Positions 1-7,304 of a stretch of 41,118 nt of DNA are shown piece after piece. The translations under genes and the position numbers were made by a program. This DNA comes from a virus. The stretch's first letter is position 1. Each line of letters opens with the position of its first letter. A model generated the notes under the pieces. The model was given only the letters and a program-made list of their open reading frames with translations. It was not told the DNA's origin and ran no database searches. The stretch is taken from the IMG/VR virus record IMGVR_UViG_3300045988_051885; one strand, given 5' to 3'.

Positions 1-55
1 CCCTCTGACCGTCAAGCTCGTGCCGATACACTCCGGCAGTGTCCATGTTCTTGCT
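1..55. repeat. Terminal overlap, identical to 41064..41118 (circular closure, most likely an assembly k-mer overlap)
   Basis: ccctctgaccgtcaagctcgtgccgatacactccggcagtgtccatgttcttgct occurs at both ends. It lies inside the integrase reading frame. Confidence 0.9.
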
Positions 56-1087
56 ATGACCTACAAGCATCTTCAGCTGGCTGTCAGTCAGGACGCTTGA
101 TTCAACGCTGACAAAAGTGTGCCGCAGCTCGTAAAGGGAGACTTTCGGCTCAAGCCCGTTTGCTTCCTGATACGATTCCCAGCGGCGATAGAGCGTATGC
201 TCTGACGGGATCTGAAACAGCGGGGTATTGTAGTTTAGCAGTATGCCTTGAGCCTTTAGAAGCTGTACCTGCGCCTCATAGGCATCCCGTGCTTCCTTTC
301 CCATGTCAAAAGAGCGGATGGCGTTTTCATTCTTTCCGGTGGTCTGCTCCCGGTGCACGTTGATGCTGCGCCGAAGGTTGACCGTATTCCCCTTGATGTC
401 ACCATACCAGAGACCAATCAGCTCCCCGGGACGTAGGCCAGTCGCAACTGCAAAGCGGTAGGCGTAGATATATTCATCAAATACCGGCTTCCCATAGTAG
501 GTGCGGGTGTCTACGCTGAACAGGGTCTTCAAGGCGGTGGGCTGCAAGATCGTGCGCTTCCCCATCCTGGCATTCTTCGGGATAGACAGGTCGGGGTGGA
601 GCGTCGTGTACTTGTTTCTTCGGCACCACTTAACAAAGGCGGTTTCCGCAGCCCGGATCGTCATAAGCGTCTTTCGGCTCAACGGCTGGTTTGAGATGGG
701 CTTGCGCTGGTTCTTTTTCTGTGAGCGCTTCCGGAACGAAACGTCAATGGCCTTTTGAAGATCACCCTCGGTTAACTCGTCAATGCGGATGTTCCCACAG
801 GTCGGCAGGATGTAGCAGTCTCCGTAACGCTGGCATTGTGTCACATAAGACGTCCCGCAAGTCAGCTTCAGCTCTTCCACCCACTCTGAATAAAGGACGC
901 TGACCTTCTTTTTCCCGTCACGGATGCTATCATCAATCCATGCATCCGCTTTTGCGTTTGCTTCACGCTGGCCGGTGCGGCCCGGCGTGCTGCTGTAAAA
1001 CCGCTTGCGGGTGCCGTTCTTCTGAACCGCAATGCACCAGCGCTTTTCCTTTTCCACCCAAAATGCCGTGTTGACCCGTTTTTTCAT
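1..1087 (-). CDS. int: Tyrosine recombinase / phage integrase, N-terminal 362 codons (continues in frame at 41063..41014; 378 aa in total)
   Basis: ATG at 1087 with a GGAGG about 7 nt upstream. My translation: MKKRVNTAFWVEKEKRWCIAVQ...ATGLRPGELIGL...LYELRHTFVS...LVGHSKNMDTAGVYRHELDGQR, showing the R / HxxR / H..Y catalytic boxes. It is absent from the ORF track because there is no stop inside the linear window. Confidence 0.9.
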   Translation of the reverse strand, partial: MKKRVNTAFWVEKEKRWCIAVQKNGTRKRFYSSTPGRTGQREANAKADAWIDDSIRDGKKKVSVLYSEWVEELKLTCGTSYVTQCQRYGDCYILPTCGNIRIDELTEGDLQKAIDVSFRKRSQKKNQRKPISNQPLSRKTLMTIRAAETAFVKWCRRNKYTTLHPDLSIPKNARMGKRTILQPTALKTLFSVDTRTYYGKPVFDEYIYAYRFAVATGLRPGELIGLWYGDIKGNTVNLRRSINVHREQTTGKNENAIRSFDMGKEARDAYEAQVQLLKAQGILLNYNTPLFQIPSEHTLYRRWESYQEANGLEPKVSLYELRHTFVSVESSVLTDSQLKMLVGHSKNMDTAGVYRHELDGQR

Positions 1088-1252
1088 AAAATCCACCTCC
1101 ATACACAAGGGTACACTGTGCCGCTGCCCTTTGGGCGGCGGCGCTTTTTTCTATGCTCGGGAGCGGACGTTGCATCCTGCTGCTTTCCGCACCACGGGCA
1201 AAATAGAGCCTTGTCCGGGATGTTTACATGGCATCTGATACATTTCATTACG

Positions 1253-1840
1253 CTACTCCTTTCTGCGCCCTATATAGCCCAAAGCGCCGTTCTCTGACGC
1301 TGTGCGCCCTGACGCGTAATTGGCTTTCAAATCCTCTATCGGAGGATGCGGCTCGTCCGGGCACGGGTCAAGCCCTCTGATCTTGGCAAAGCTGTACTGA
1401 TCGATGATGGTGCCGCACACAGTGACCCTGTTGTTGAGAGGGCAGTGGAGGTTTGCGGCCATTTCAGATATAACCGCAGGCGGGCTGCTCCCATGTCGTC
1501 CCTTGAGCACAAAAAGCAGAAGCCGCCGGGTGAGCGGTGGAAGCGCCTGCACCAGCGTGTGAAGTTCCTTATCTATGGCTGCATCTTCTTTCTGCCCGTC
1601 TGGCACTGCGTACAGATCCGGGTGCATAACTTCCATAAAAACCGTGATGGGGGATACTCCGCAGGCTGTGCACCAATCCATGATCTCGTCACTGTCTGGG
1701 CTTGTGTCACCTTTTTCCCAGCTTTGCACTGTCCGCTCTCCTTTCTGGACGCGGATTGCAATCTCTCTCTGACTTAACCCGGCGGATACCCGCGCTTTTG
1801 AAAGCGCCTTCCCGATTTGATCAGCGGTAAAATAACTCAT
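1253..1840 (-). CDS. XRE-family HTH regulator (195 aa) with a C-terminal domain of unknown function
   Basis: Inner start MSYFTADQIGKALSKARVSAGLSQREIAIRV..., with AGGGGTGA upstream of the ATG at 1840. The HTH motif is LSQREIAIRVQKGERTVQSWEKG. Confidence 0.75.
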   Translation of the reverse strand: MSYFTADQIGKALSKARVSAGLSQREIAIRVQKGERTVQSWEKGDTSPDSDEIMDWCTACGVSPITVFMEVMHPDLYAVPDGQKEDAAIDKELHTLVQALPPLTRRLLLFVLKGRHGSSPPAVISEMAANLHCPLNNRVTVCGTIIDQYSFAKIRGLDPCPDEPHPPIEDLKANYASGRTASENGALGYIGRRKE

Positions 1841-1942
1841 GCTTATCACCCCTAAACGCGGCGTGTTATAAAAGGAAAATGGCGCAGAAAAACTCTGCGC
1901 CATTCGACAAAAATTACACAGATTTCATTTTCCTCTGGCGCA

Positions 1943-1951
1943 TGGTAGAAT
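1943..1951 (+). promoter_or_regulatory. Possible extended -10 promoter (TGgTAGAAT) for the divergent small genes
   Basis: tggtagaat lies about 45 nt upstream of the 1997 ATG. The -35 is weak. Confidence 0.3.
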
Positions 1952-1996
1952 CTGGTGCATAAGATGCAAATATTACCAAAAAAGGAGGAAAATGAA

Positions 1997-2107
1997 ATGA
2001 AAAACAGTCAGACGGTCAGCATGGACCCCGATATGACTATCATTGACGGAATGCCCGCCAGCGTGCTCACCGGCACGCGGCCCACTCCGAAGCCCTGGGA
2101 GGAATGA
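1997..2107 (+). CDS. Small hypothetical protein (36 aa), below the ORF-track size cutoff
   Basis: AGGAGG 8 nt upstream of the ATG. Translation: MKNSQTVSMDPDMTIIDGMPASVLTGTRPTPKPWEE. The stop lies 3 nt before the next gene. Confidence 0.4.
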   Translation: MKNSQTVSMDPDMTIIDGMPASVLTGTRPTPKPWEE

Positions 2108-2110
2108 GTT

Positions 2111-2323
2111 ATGAAAAATCTGTCACACTTTCGCACCCATGCCCGTGCCCTGCTGGCCTGCTATTTGGATATGACCCCGGAGCAGCAGCGCCTTGCTCGC
2201 GCTTACATTCAAGATAAGGCCCTGCCGGAGGTGCAAGCCCTGCGTAACGCAGCCGGTACGCAGGGCGGGGAGCTTGCCGGGCAGCTGTTGCAAAAATTGC
2301 AGCAACCTTGCAACCACGAATAA
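2111..2323 (+). CDS. Hypothetical protein (70 aa)
   Basis: GGGAGG RBS. The ORF is divergent from the HTH gene at 1253..1840. Confidence 0.55.
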   Translation: MKNLSHFRTHARALLACYLDMTPEQQRLARAYIQDKALPEVQALRNAAGTQGGELAGQLLQKLQQPCNHE

Positions 2324-2460
2324 CAACGCGCATATTTTGCGCGTATTCAGCGTAAAACAAACGCTATAGCGAAAATGCAGTATTTTTGCTCGATTTTTGC
2401 GCACTTTTTCGCGCTTGACGCATTACAACAAATGGCTGTATAACGCAGTTGTGAACAGGC

Positions 2461-3180
2461 TCACAGGCCAAGCAACTGAGCTTTCTTTGCGTTGTACTCC
2501 GATTCCGTGATGGCACCCATATCCAGCAGCCTCTTAAACTTCAAAAGTTCATCGGCCGCGCTGGATGCCGCCGGAGTTGCAGCCTGTGGCTTCTCCTGGC
2601 TGACTTTGCATCTCTTGAGAAAAGCGGTCATGCCGCCGGGATAAACCGTTGTCGGCAGACTGGTTTCTCCAAGAGGGAGCGTAAAACGGATGGAAACGTT
2701 TTCTTTGCTGCGGTTGCCTTTGCGGGTCTCTGTTTTGGCGGTAGCAGCGCCCACGATCGCACCCACAGGACCGGCAACAGCTGCACCGATCACGGCCCGG
2801 CCAATGCCGCCTTTGGTCTCTGTCACCGTCAAATCGTCTGGTGCGTCAGATTCGTAACCGGCGATTTCATCAAAGCTGTAGATCATGTGAGGGCCTTTAT
2901 CACCGCCGCGATGCCCAAAGCAAAACAGGCGGTTTACCTTGTCGATGGACACAAAAAGCGCATCTCCATCATAGATGGAATCGGTCTCCTTGAACGCCTT
3001 GCGGCGGCCTTCCAACGTAGCCCAGTAATCAGCAAGGGCGGCTGTCGGCTGCTTTGCGGCTCGGAAGCCCAGTTTTGAGTAAAAGAAGTTGCTGCATCCG
3101 GCGCAGATCAGACCGTCGGCGCTCTTTTCGCGGTTGAGTAAGCCCAGCTTTCCGCCGCAGACAGGACAGGCATTTGCCAT
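2461..3180 (-). CDS. Zinc-ribbon / glycine-zipper membrane / SHOCT-domain protein (candidate exclusion or abortive-infection cargo)
   Basis: Start MANACPVCGG with GAGGTG upstream. Contains CPVCGG...CAGC, the glycine zipper GGIGRAVIGAAVAGPVGAIVGAA, and a C-terminal ELLKFKRLLDMGAITESEYNAKKAQLLGL (SHOCT-like). Confidence 0.8.
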   Translation of the reverse strand: MANACPVCGGKLGLLNREKSADGLICAGCSNFFYSKLGFRAAKQPTAALADYWATLEGRRKAFKETDSIYDGDALFVSIDKVNRLFCFGHRGGDKGPHMIYSFDEIAGYESDAPDDLTVTETKGGIGRAVIGAAVAGPVGAIVGAATAKTETRKGNRSKENVSIRFTLPLGETSLPTTVYPGGMTAFLKRCKVSQEKPQAATPAASSAADELLKFKRLLDMGAITESEYNAKKAQLLGL

Positions 3181-3198
3181 AATAAGCACCTCACATAT

Positions 3199-3225
3199 AC
3201 AAAAAATAGGCAGCCAACCAGCTGC
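3199..3225 (-). terminator. Possible minus-strand intrinsic terminator or attenuator hairpin directly upstream of the SHOCT gene
   Basis: GGCAGC-caacca-GCTGCC (3208..3225), followed on the minus strand by TATTTTTTG. Confidence 0.4.
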
Positions 3226-3270
3226 CGGAAAACTAAGTTATCAAAGAAAATGCCAAAGGAGGAAAACAAA

Positions 3271-3402
3271 GTGGAAGAAAATAGCACAAAATTGATGAAA
3301 GACACCCCGGAATGTGTTATACTTGAGAAAATCAAGCTTGCACTTTCCCTTGGCATCGACGTGGATAAACTCTTAAAGGAGGCAATGCAAAATGTCGAGT
3401 AA
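3271..3402 (+). CDS. Small hypothetical protein (43 aa, GTG start), below the ORF-track cutoff
   Basis: AGGAGG 8 nt upstream of the GTG. Translation: (M)EENSTKLMKDTPECVILEKIKLALSLGIDVDKLLKEAMQNVE. It overlaps the next start by 11 nt. Confidence 0.4.
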   Translation: MEENSTKLMKDTPECVILEKIKLALSLGIDVDKLLKEAMQNVE

Positions 3403-3760
3403 TGTTCTTCTTTTCATCATCGCCGTGTTTGTTATCGCGATGTTTGCGATTCTCGCTTACGAGTTCCTTCAGCTCAATGATTTTGCGCTTTTTCGTCGAA
3501 AGCCGGAACCGGAGCCGGAACATAAGCACATTGACGACCTTTTCCGAGCAGAAGTCATGTATACAGGCGTAACCCTCGGAAGCATCTGCGAGCTTTGCCC
3601 CAAAACCATTTTTAGGGTAAAGGACGGACACGGCGGGTATTTTGCTCTTGACACTGAAAAGGTGGATGAAAAGAAGCTGCGCTTTTACAAAACTGTTTTT
3701 GTCAAGGCACTGGATGCCACGGATTACGAGCTGGAAGTCTCCGATCCGTCGCTTCTTTGA
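3392..3760 (+). CDS. Membrane-anchored hypothetical protein (122 aa)
   Basis: AAAGGAGG RBS. N-terminal TM helix LLFIIAVFVIAMFAILAY. Confidence 0.7.
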   Translation: MSSNVLLFIIAVFVIAMFAILAYEFLQLNDFALFRRKPEPEPEHKHIDDLFRAEVMYTGVTLGSICELCPKTIFRVKDGHGGYFALDTEKVDEKKLRFYKTVFVKALDATDYELEVSDPSLL

Positions 3761-4113
3761 GAAACAAAAAGAGTCAATATCGTACTTACAACAGCAGAGA
3801 TCACCGCAATGGCAGCACTTTGAAAGAATTGCCTGCGGCTGATTCTTTGCTGTTTTTGCTGCTCAATAAAATAAAGTTTCCCCTTATCGGTTACAGCAAG
3901 ACAGTAAAACACCGTAAGCTTTCCTTGCTCTGGAACAATCGTGTCTCTTACACGCTCAACAAGACCTGCTGCAAGAAGAGCATCAACAACCTTTTCGGCG
4001 TCTTTCACTTTAGACTTAAATACATCAGGAGGCATTCCAACTCGGTCAGGTTCATTTTCGTGCCATTCAAGCAGAGCTTTCATCGCCTCATCGATTTGCT
4101 TTTCAGTGACCAT
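3724..4113 (-). CDS. Winged-helix-like protein with a C-terminal TM anchor, co-transcribed with the repressor (candidate superinfection-exclusion protein)
   Basis: Its start overlaps the stop of the CI-like gene by 11 nt. C-terminal TM: AAIAVISAVVSTILTLFV. Confidence 0.7.
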   Translation of the reverse strand: MVTEKQIDEAMKALLEWHENEPDRVGMPPDVFKSKVKDAEKVVDALLAAGLVERVRDTIVPEQGKLTVFYCLAVTDKGKLYFIEQQKQQRISRRQFFQSAAIAVISAVVSTILTLFVSQRSDGSETSSS

Positions 4114-4468
4114 TCTTTTTCTCCTGCGACGCTATAGCAGCATCCAGCATACTCTCAAACATGGCCTGCGTTGCCGGGTCAAGCATATTATACTTATCTA
4201 ATATAGTCTGCCCGTGCGCATCCAGCCCACTCCCTTCACCGGGGGTGGGCTTTTCTTTTTGCTCCGGTGCTTTGCCGGTCAAATCCGAAATCGAAACACC
4301 GAAGTAATCGGCAATTTTTTGAAGATTTTTAAGTGATAGACTTGTAGTTCGACCTCTTTTTAGCTCAGAAAGAGTGCTTCGCGTTACTCCAACTTTACTA
4401 CAAAGAGTTCCGTCTTTAATGTTCTCTTTCTCGCACAGGGCGTGGATGTTGTTGTATAAATCTGACAT
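4103..4468 (-). CDS. CI-like XRE-family repressor (121 aa)
   Basis: Inner start MSDLYNNIHALCEKENIKDGTLCSKVGVTRSTLSELKRGRTTSLSLKNLQKIADYFGVSISDL. It is divergent from the Cro-like gene across the operator region. Confidence 0.85.
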   Translation of the reverse strand: MSDLYNNIHALCEKENIKDGTLCSKVGVTRSTLSELKRGRTTSLSLKNLQKIADYFGVSISDLTGKAPEQKEKPTPGEGSGLDAHGQTILDKYNMLDPATQAMFESMLDAAIASQEKKNGH

Positions 4469-4525
4469 AAAATCACCATCCATTTTGTGCAAGCGTACAA
4501 ATGTACAAATATTCGTACGAATCTA

Positions 4526-4554
4526 TTGACCTGTACGAACATTTGTACTATAAT
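4526..4554 (+). promoter_or_regulatory. Rightward (lytic, PR-like) sigma70-type promoter: TTGACC-17 nt-TATAAT
   Basis: -35 at 4526-4531 and -10 at 4549-4554. The spacer is exactly one operator. Confidence 0.75.
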
Positions 4555-4603
4555 GCAAACATCGGGTACGAAACTTTGTACAGTATAAAATCTTTGCACC
4601 TTT

Positions 4604-4632
4604 ATATTAGTACATTTTCCCGTACCTGTCAA
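4604..4632 (-). promoter_or_regulatory. Leftward (repressor) promoter: TTGACA-17 nt-TAATAT, facing the PR-like promoter
   Basis: The reverse complement of 4627-4632 is TTGACA, and the reverse complement of 4604-4609 is TAATAT. The spacer contains an operator-like site. Confidence 0.55.
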
Positions 4633-4659
4633 GATGATTTTTCAAAGGAGGTACGAAAT

Positions 4660-4887
4660 TTGAGAGAAACCGCATTATCCCCGTTTGGCTTGGAAGCAAA
4701 AATTGCAATGCTCAAGCGGGGAATGAAGCAGGTGGAACTGATTGACCTTGTGAAGCAGGATACAGGACTGTACGTTGATGACAGTTACATGTACAAAATT
4801 CTGCACGGGGACAGAAGCGCGCCGAAGGTTATTCAGAGCATCTGCAAGATTTTGGAAATCGAGTATAAGGAGGACGTAAATGCCTGA
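4660..4887 (+). CDS. Cro-like HTH protein (75 aa, TTG start)
   Basis: AAGGAGG 8 nt upstream of the TTG at 4660. Translation: (M)RETALSPFGLEAKIAMLKRGMKQVELIDLVKQDTGLYVDDSYMYKILHG. The upstream 53 codons of the tracked ORF cover the promoter and operators. Confidence 0.75.
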   Translation: MRETALSPFGLEAKIAMLKRGMKQVELIDLVKQDTGLYVDDSYMYKILHGDRSAPKVIQSICKILEIEYKEDVNA

Positions 4888-5077
4888 TTTTGAAACATTT
4901 TTGCTTGCGCTTGCATCGATTGCGCTCATTGTCGTTGCTTTTGGCTTTTCGTGGGCCGTCATTTCCGGCCTTTGGTGGCTTATCTGCATGCTCATCGGTT
5001 GGCAGTTCTCTTTCGGCGTATCAACGGCAATCTGGATCGTCGCAATGCTGCTGAAGTGGGTAACGAGCCGCAAGTAA
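4880..5077 (+). CDS. Small two-TM membrane protein (65 aa)
   Basis: AAGGAGG RBS. Its start overlaps the cro stop. The sequence is hydrophobic throughout. Confidence 0.65.
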   Translation: MPDFETFLLALASIALIVVAFGFSWAVISGLWWLICMLIGWQFSFGVSTAIWIVAMLLKWVTSRK

Positions 5078-5092
5078 CAAGGGAGGCAAAGC

Positions 5093-5242
5093 ATGAGCCA
5101 AAACAAAAAGCCCAGTTGGAGAGAACGGCTTTCCAACTGGACCCCGGCTGACTACATGATCGCATCCATCATCATCACGTCAGTCAATGTAGGTATTGTA
5201 GCATTCCAAATACTATGGTTGCTGCAAGCCCTAAAGCGGTAA
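5093..5242 (+). CDS. Small TM protein (49 aa), below the ORF-track cutoff
   Basis: GGGAGG 7 nt upstream. Translation: MSQNKKPSWRERLSNWTPADYMIASIIITSVNVGIVAFQILWLLQALKR. Its 3' end overlaps the convergent gene at 5184..5486. Confidence 0.4.
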   Translation: MSQNKKPSWRERLSNWTPADYMIASIIITSVNVGIVAFQILWLLQALKR

Positions 5243-5486
5243 CGACAAGCGTTGCAATTCCGATTTTGCTGGATTCGCTGCTGCTTTCATCCTGCTTGTG
5301 CTCGATGCGTTCCAAATCTTCCCGCAGCTTCTTCAACTCTGCTGCGGTCTGAAGTTGAGCGTTGTCGATTTCCCGGCGCTTTTTCCAAACCGAGCCGTCC
5401 GGGTCAGCGACATTCACTCCCGGCGTTTTGTAATTGTAACGCTCAAGTTCGTTTGCACGCTGGTTGAAGTATTCCCGCTGATTCAA
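5184..5486 (-). CDS. Tail-anchored coiled-coil membrane protein (about 100 aa, TTG start), antisense insert in the early operon
   Basis: GGGGGTGGG precedes the TTG at 5486. Coiled coil: QLQTAAELKKLREDLERIEHKQ. C-terminal TM: IGIATLVVTALGLAATIVFGML. Confidence 0.5.
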   Translation of the reverse strand: MNQREYFNQRANELERYNYKTPGVNVADPDGSVWKKRREIDNAQLQTAAELKKLREDLERIEHKQDESSSESSKIGIATLVVTALGLAATIVFGMLQYLH

Positions 5487-5508
5487 AATCCCACCCCCTT
5501 CCCTGCCT

Positions 5509-5537
5509 ATTATAACAGGCACCGGGGTAGACGACAA
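5509..5537 (-). promoter_or_regulatory. Minus-strand promoter TTGTCG-17 nt-TATAAT for 5184..5486
   Basis: The reverse complement of 5509-5514 is TATAAT, and the reverse complement of 5532-5537 is TTGTCG. Confidence 0.45.
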
Positions 5538-5550
5538 GAAAGGACAAAAC

Positions 5551-6264
5551 ATGGCAAACATTCAAATTTTCACAAGCCCCGAGTTCGGGGACATCCGCAC
5601 GGTAGACCAGAACGGAGAGCCGTGGTTCGTGGGAAAGGACGTGGCGGCAGCGCTGGGCTATGCAAAACCCGAAAACGCGCTGGCGGCCCATGTCGATGAA
5701 CAGGACAAAACCACTACCCTGATTCAGGGTGATGGTTCCAACTACAAGAGCAAAACCACCGTTATCAACGAGTCCGGCCTGTACAGCCTGATTTTTGGCA
5801 GCAAGCTGGAAGGGGCCGTGCGGTTCAAGCGCTGGGTGACAAGCGAGGTGCTGCCCGCCCTGCGCAAGACGGGCAGCTACATGATGCCCAAGCTCAGCAA
5901 GGAGATGCAGGCGCTGTTTATGCTGGACAACCGCACCCAGCGGCAAGAAGAGCGGCTCACCGCGTTGGAGAACACCATGACGGTGGATTACAACCAGCAG
6001 CGTGTGCTGCGCAAGGCCATCAGCCGGGCGGTGATCGGTGCTCTTGGCGGCGAGGACACCCCGGCCTACATCGACAACCACGTGCGCAGCAAGGTGTACA
6101 GCGAGTGCAACCACGACGTGCAGGACTGGTTCCGGGTAAACAGCGTGGGCAACATCCCCCGCAAGCGCTTTGACGAAGCCGTGGAGTACATCCAGCGCTG
6201 GAAGCCCAGCACCAACACCGTGATGCTGATCCAGCAGACCAACGGCCAGACCAGCATGTTCTAA
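5551..6264 (+). CDS. ant: Phage antirepressor (Bro-N domain plus an ORF6C-like C-terminal domain)
   Basis: MANIQIFTSPEFGDIRTVDQNGEPWFVGKDVAAALGY...INESGLYSLIFGSKLEGAVRFKRWVTSEVLPALRKTG is a typical Bro-N sequence. Confidence 0.9.
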   Translation: MANIQIFTSPEFGDIRTVDQNGEPWFVGKDVAAALGYAKPENALAAHVDEQDKTTTLIQGDGSNYKSKTTVINESGLYSLIFGSKLEGAVRFKRWVTSEVLPALRKTGSYMMPKLSKEMQALFMLDNRTQRQEERLTALENTMTVDYNQQRVLRKAISRAVIGALGGEDTPAYIDNHVRSKVYSECNHDVQDWFRVNSVGNIPRKRFDEAVEYIQRWKPSTNTVMLIQQTNGQTSMF

Positions 6265-6277
6265 GGAAGGAGATGGG

Positions 6278-6493
6278 GTGTGCAAAATGACAAAGACCGG
6301 TTTTCGCAAGGCGCTTGCACATGCAGACCGTTACAAGCCGTTCTGCTACACCGAGAAAAGCCAAAGCGGGCATGAGTACAAGTATTGCTTTATGAAAAGC
6401 AGAGAGGGCTACACCCTGCGCAACGAGACCACAGGCAATACCGTATTTTGTGGCTACAACCGCAAATTAGCAGAAGAAATCATGGTTTACTAA
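6278..6493 (+). CDS. Hypothetical protein (71 aa)
   Basis: AAGGAGA upstream of the GTG. In series with the early operon. Confidence 0.55.
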   Translation: MCKMTKTGFRKALAHADRYKPFCYTEKSQSGHEYKYCFMKSREGYTLRNETTGNTVFCGYNRKLAEEIMVY

Positions 6494-6523
6494 AACCCAT
6501 TTATTTTGAAAGGAGATGGCGGC

Positions 6524-6748
6524 ATGAGCGAAAGGATCACAATGAAAGGCGTTGCTGAGTGCTGCGAGATGTTCCGGGCAAACCTTGTTCCAATGACCCC
6601 GAACAAGTTCTGGAATAATGTTGCGCACGGCGAGTATGACGGGTGGGCCATCTGCGCATTGATGCACTGGACGTTCACCTGGGCCGCCGGAACGGCGGCG
6701 TGGATCGCGCTCTGGCTCATTGGCAGTTTTGGCAGCTCTAAGAAGTGA
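6524..6748 (+). CDS. Hypothetical protein with a C-terminal TM segment (74 aa)
   Basis: AAAGGAG 8 nt upstream of the ATG at 6524. C-terminal WTFTWAAGTAAWIALWLIGSFG. Confidence 0.6.
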   Translation: MSERITMKGVAECCEMFRANLVPMTPNKFWNNVAHGEYDGWAICALMHWTFTWAAGTAAWIALWLIGSFGSSKK

Positions 6749-6801
6749 GGCACTGACCATGCCTGCACGGCTGGCACACATCAAAGAAAAGAGGTTGAAG
6801 C

Positions 6802-7059
6802 ATGATGAAGGTCGTACAGGGCACTTTCCGGCAGATTCCGTACTGGAAACTTCGGGGCCGGTTCCACAGCTGCGGCTACCGCGATCAGGAAGTCGCTAAG
6901 TACATCGGCATTGGCCGGGATACCATGAGCGGCAGGATGCAGGGGCACAATCCGTGGACAAGCGCAGAGATCACAGCAATGTGTGAACTGCTTGACATCA
7001 GACAGAATGAGATCGGGGAACTGTTTTTCCCCTCACTTGAGAAAGGAGAATCCGCATGA
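6802..7059 (+). CDS. Small HTH regulator resembling DUF739-type phage proteins
   Basis: KLRGRFHSCGYRDQEVAKYIGIGRDTMSGRMQGHNPWTSAEITAMCELLDIRQNEIGELFF matches the pattern as I remember it. Confidence 0.65.
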   Translation: MMKVVQGTFRQIPYWKLRGRFHSCGYRDQEVAKYIGIGRDTMSGRMQGHNPWTSAEITAMCELLDIRQNEIGELFFPSLEKGESA

Positions 7060-7304
7060 AGATCAAATCCGATGTATGGTACAGGCTGGCCGTGGCCAGC
7101 GGGGCCGTTGGCCTACTGTACGGCATGGGCCTCGAGGGCGGTGCACAGACGGGAGGAACCATCTCGGACAGCCAGTTCATCACGGCCCTGTGCCTGGTGC
7201 TGGCAGCGGTGATGTTCCTGCGGCTGGGCTTTGCCGCCCAGGATCGGGAGCAGAACGCCCGCACCGAGGAGCCGGAGTATCGGCAGAACCGGAGGGACGC
7301 ATGA
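7056..7304 (+). CDS. Small membrane protein (82 aa)
   Basis: Overlapping stop/start coupling. Two hydrophobic segments. Confidence 0.6.
   Translation: MKIKSDVWYRLAVASGAVGLLYGMGLEGGAQTGGTISDSQFITALCLVLAAVMFLRLGFAAQDREQNARTEEPEYRQNRRDA

Larger units (their letters stand above)
4495..4666. promoter_or_regulatory. Operator array: 16-bp GTACGAA-NN-TTTGTAC-type sites
   Basis: GTACAAATATTCGTAC at 4503-4518, GTACGAACATTTGTAC at 4533-4548, GTACGAAACTTTGTAC at 4566-4581, GTACATTTTCCCGTAC at 4610-4625. Extra half-sites lie at 4495 and 4651. Confidence 0.75.

Noticed and set aside
4501-4659. Long form of the Cro-like ORF (128 aa, starting at 4501)
   Set aside because: The first 53 codons are the promoter and operator region. 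The Tyr-rich translation arises from the GTAC repeats. AAGGAGG followed by TTG at 4660 gives a normal 75-aa Cro-like protein.
6983-7300. N-terminal two-thirds of the 183-aa ORF 6983-7534. The same issue applies to 37488-37763 of ORF 37488-38207, 13885-14058, 12906-12977 and 22665-22928.
   Set aside because: These extensions overlap better-supported genes in other frames and have Arg/Gly/Pro-rich composition. Internal ATGs with an RBS directly after the upstream stop codons give the real starts.
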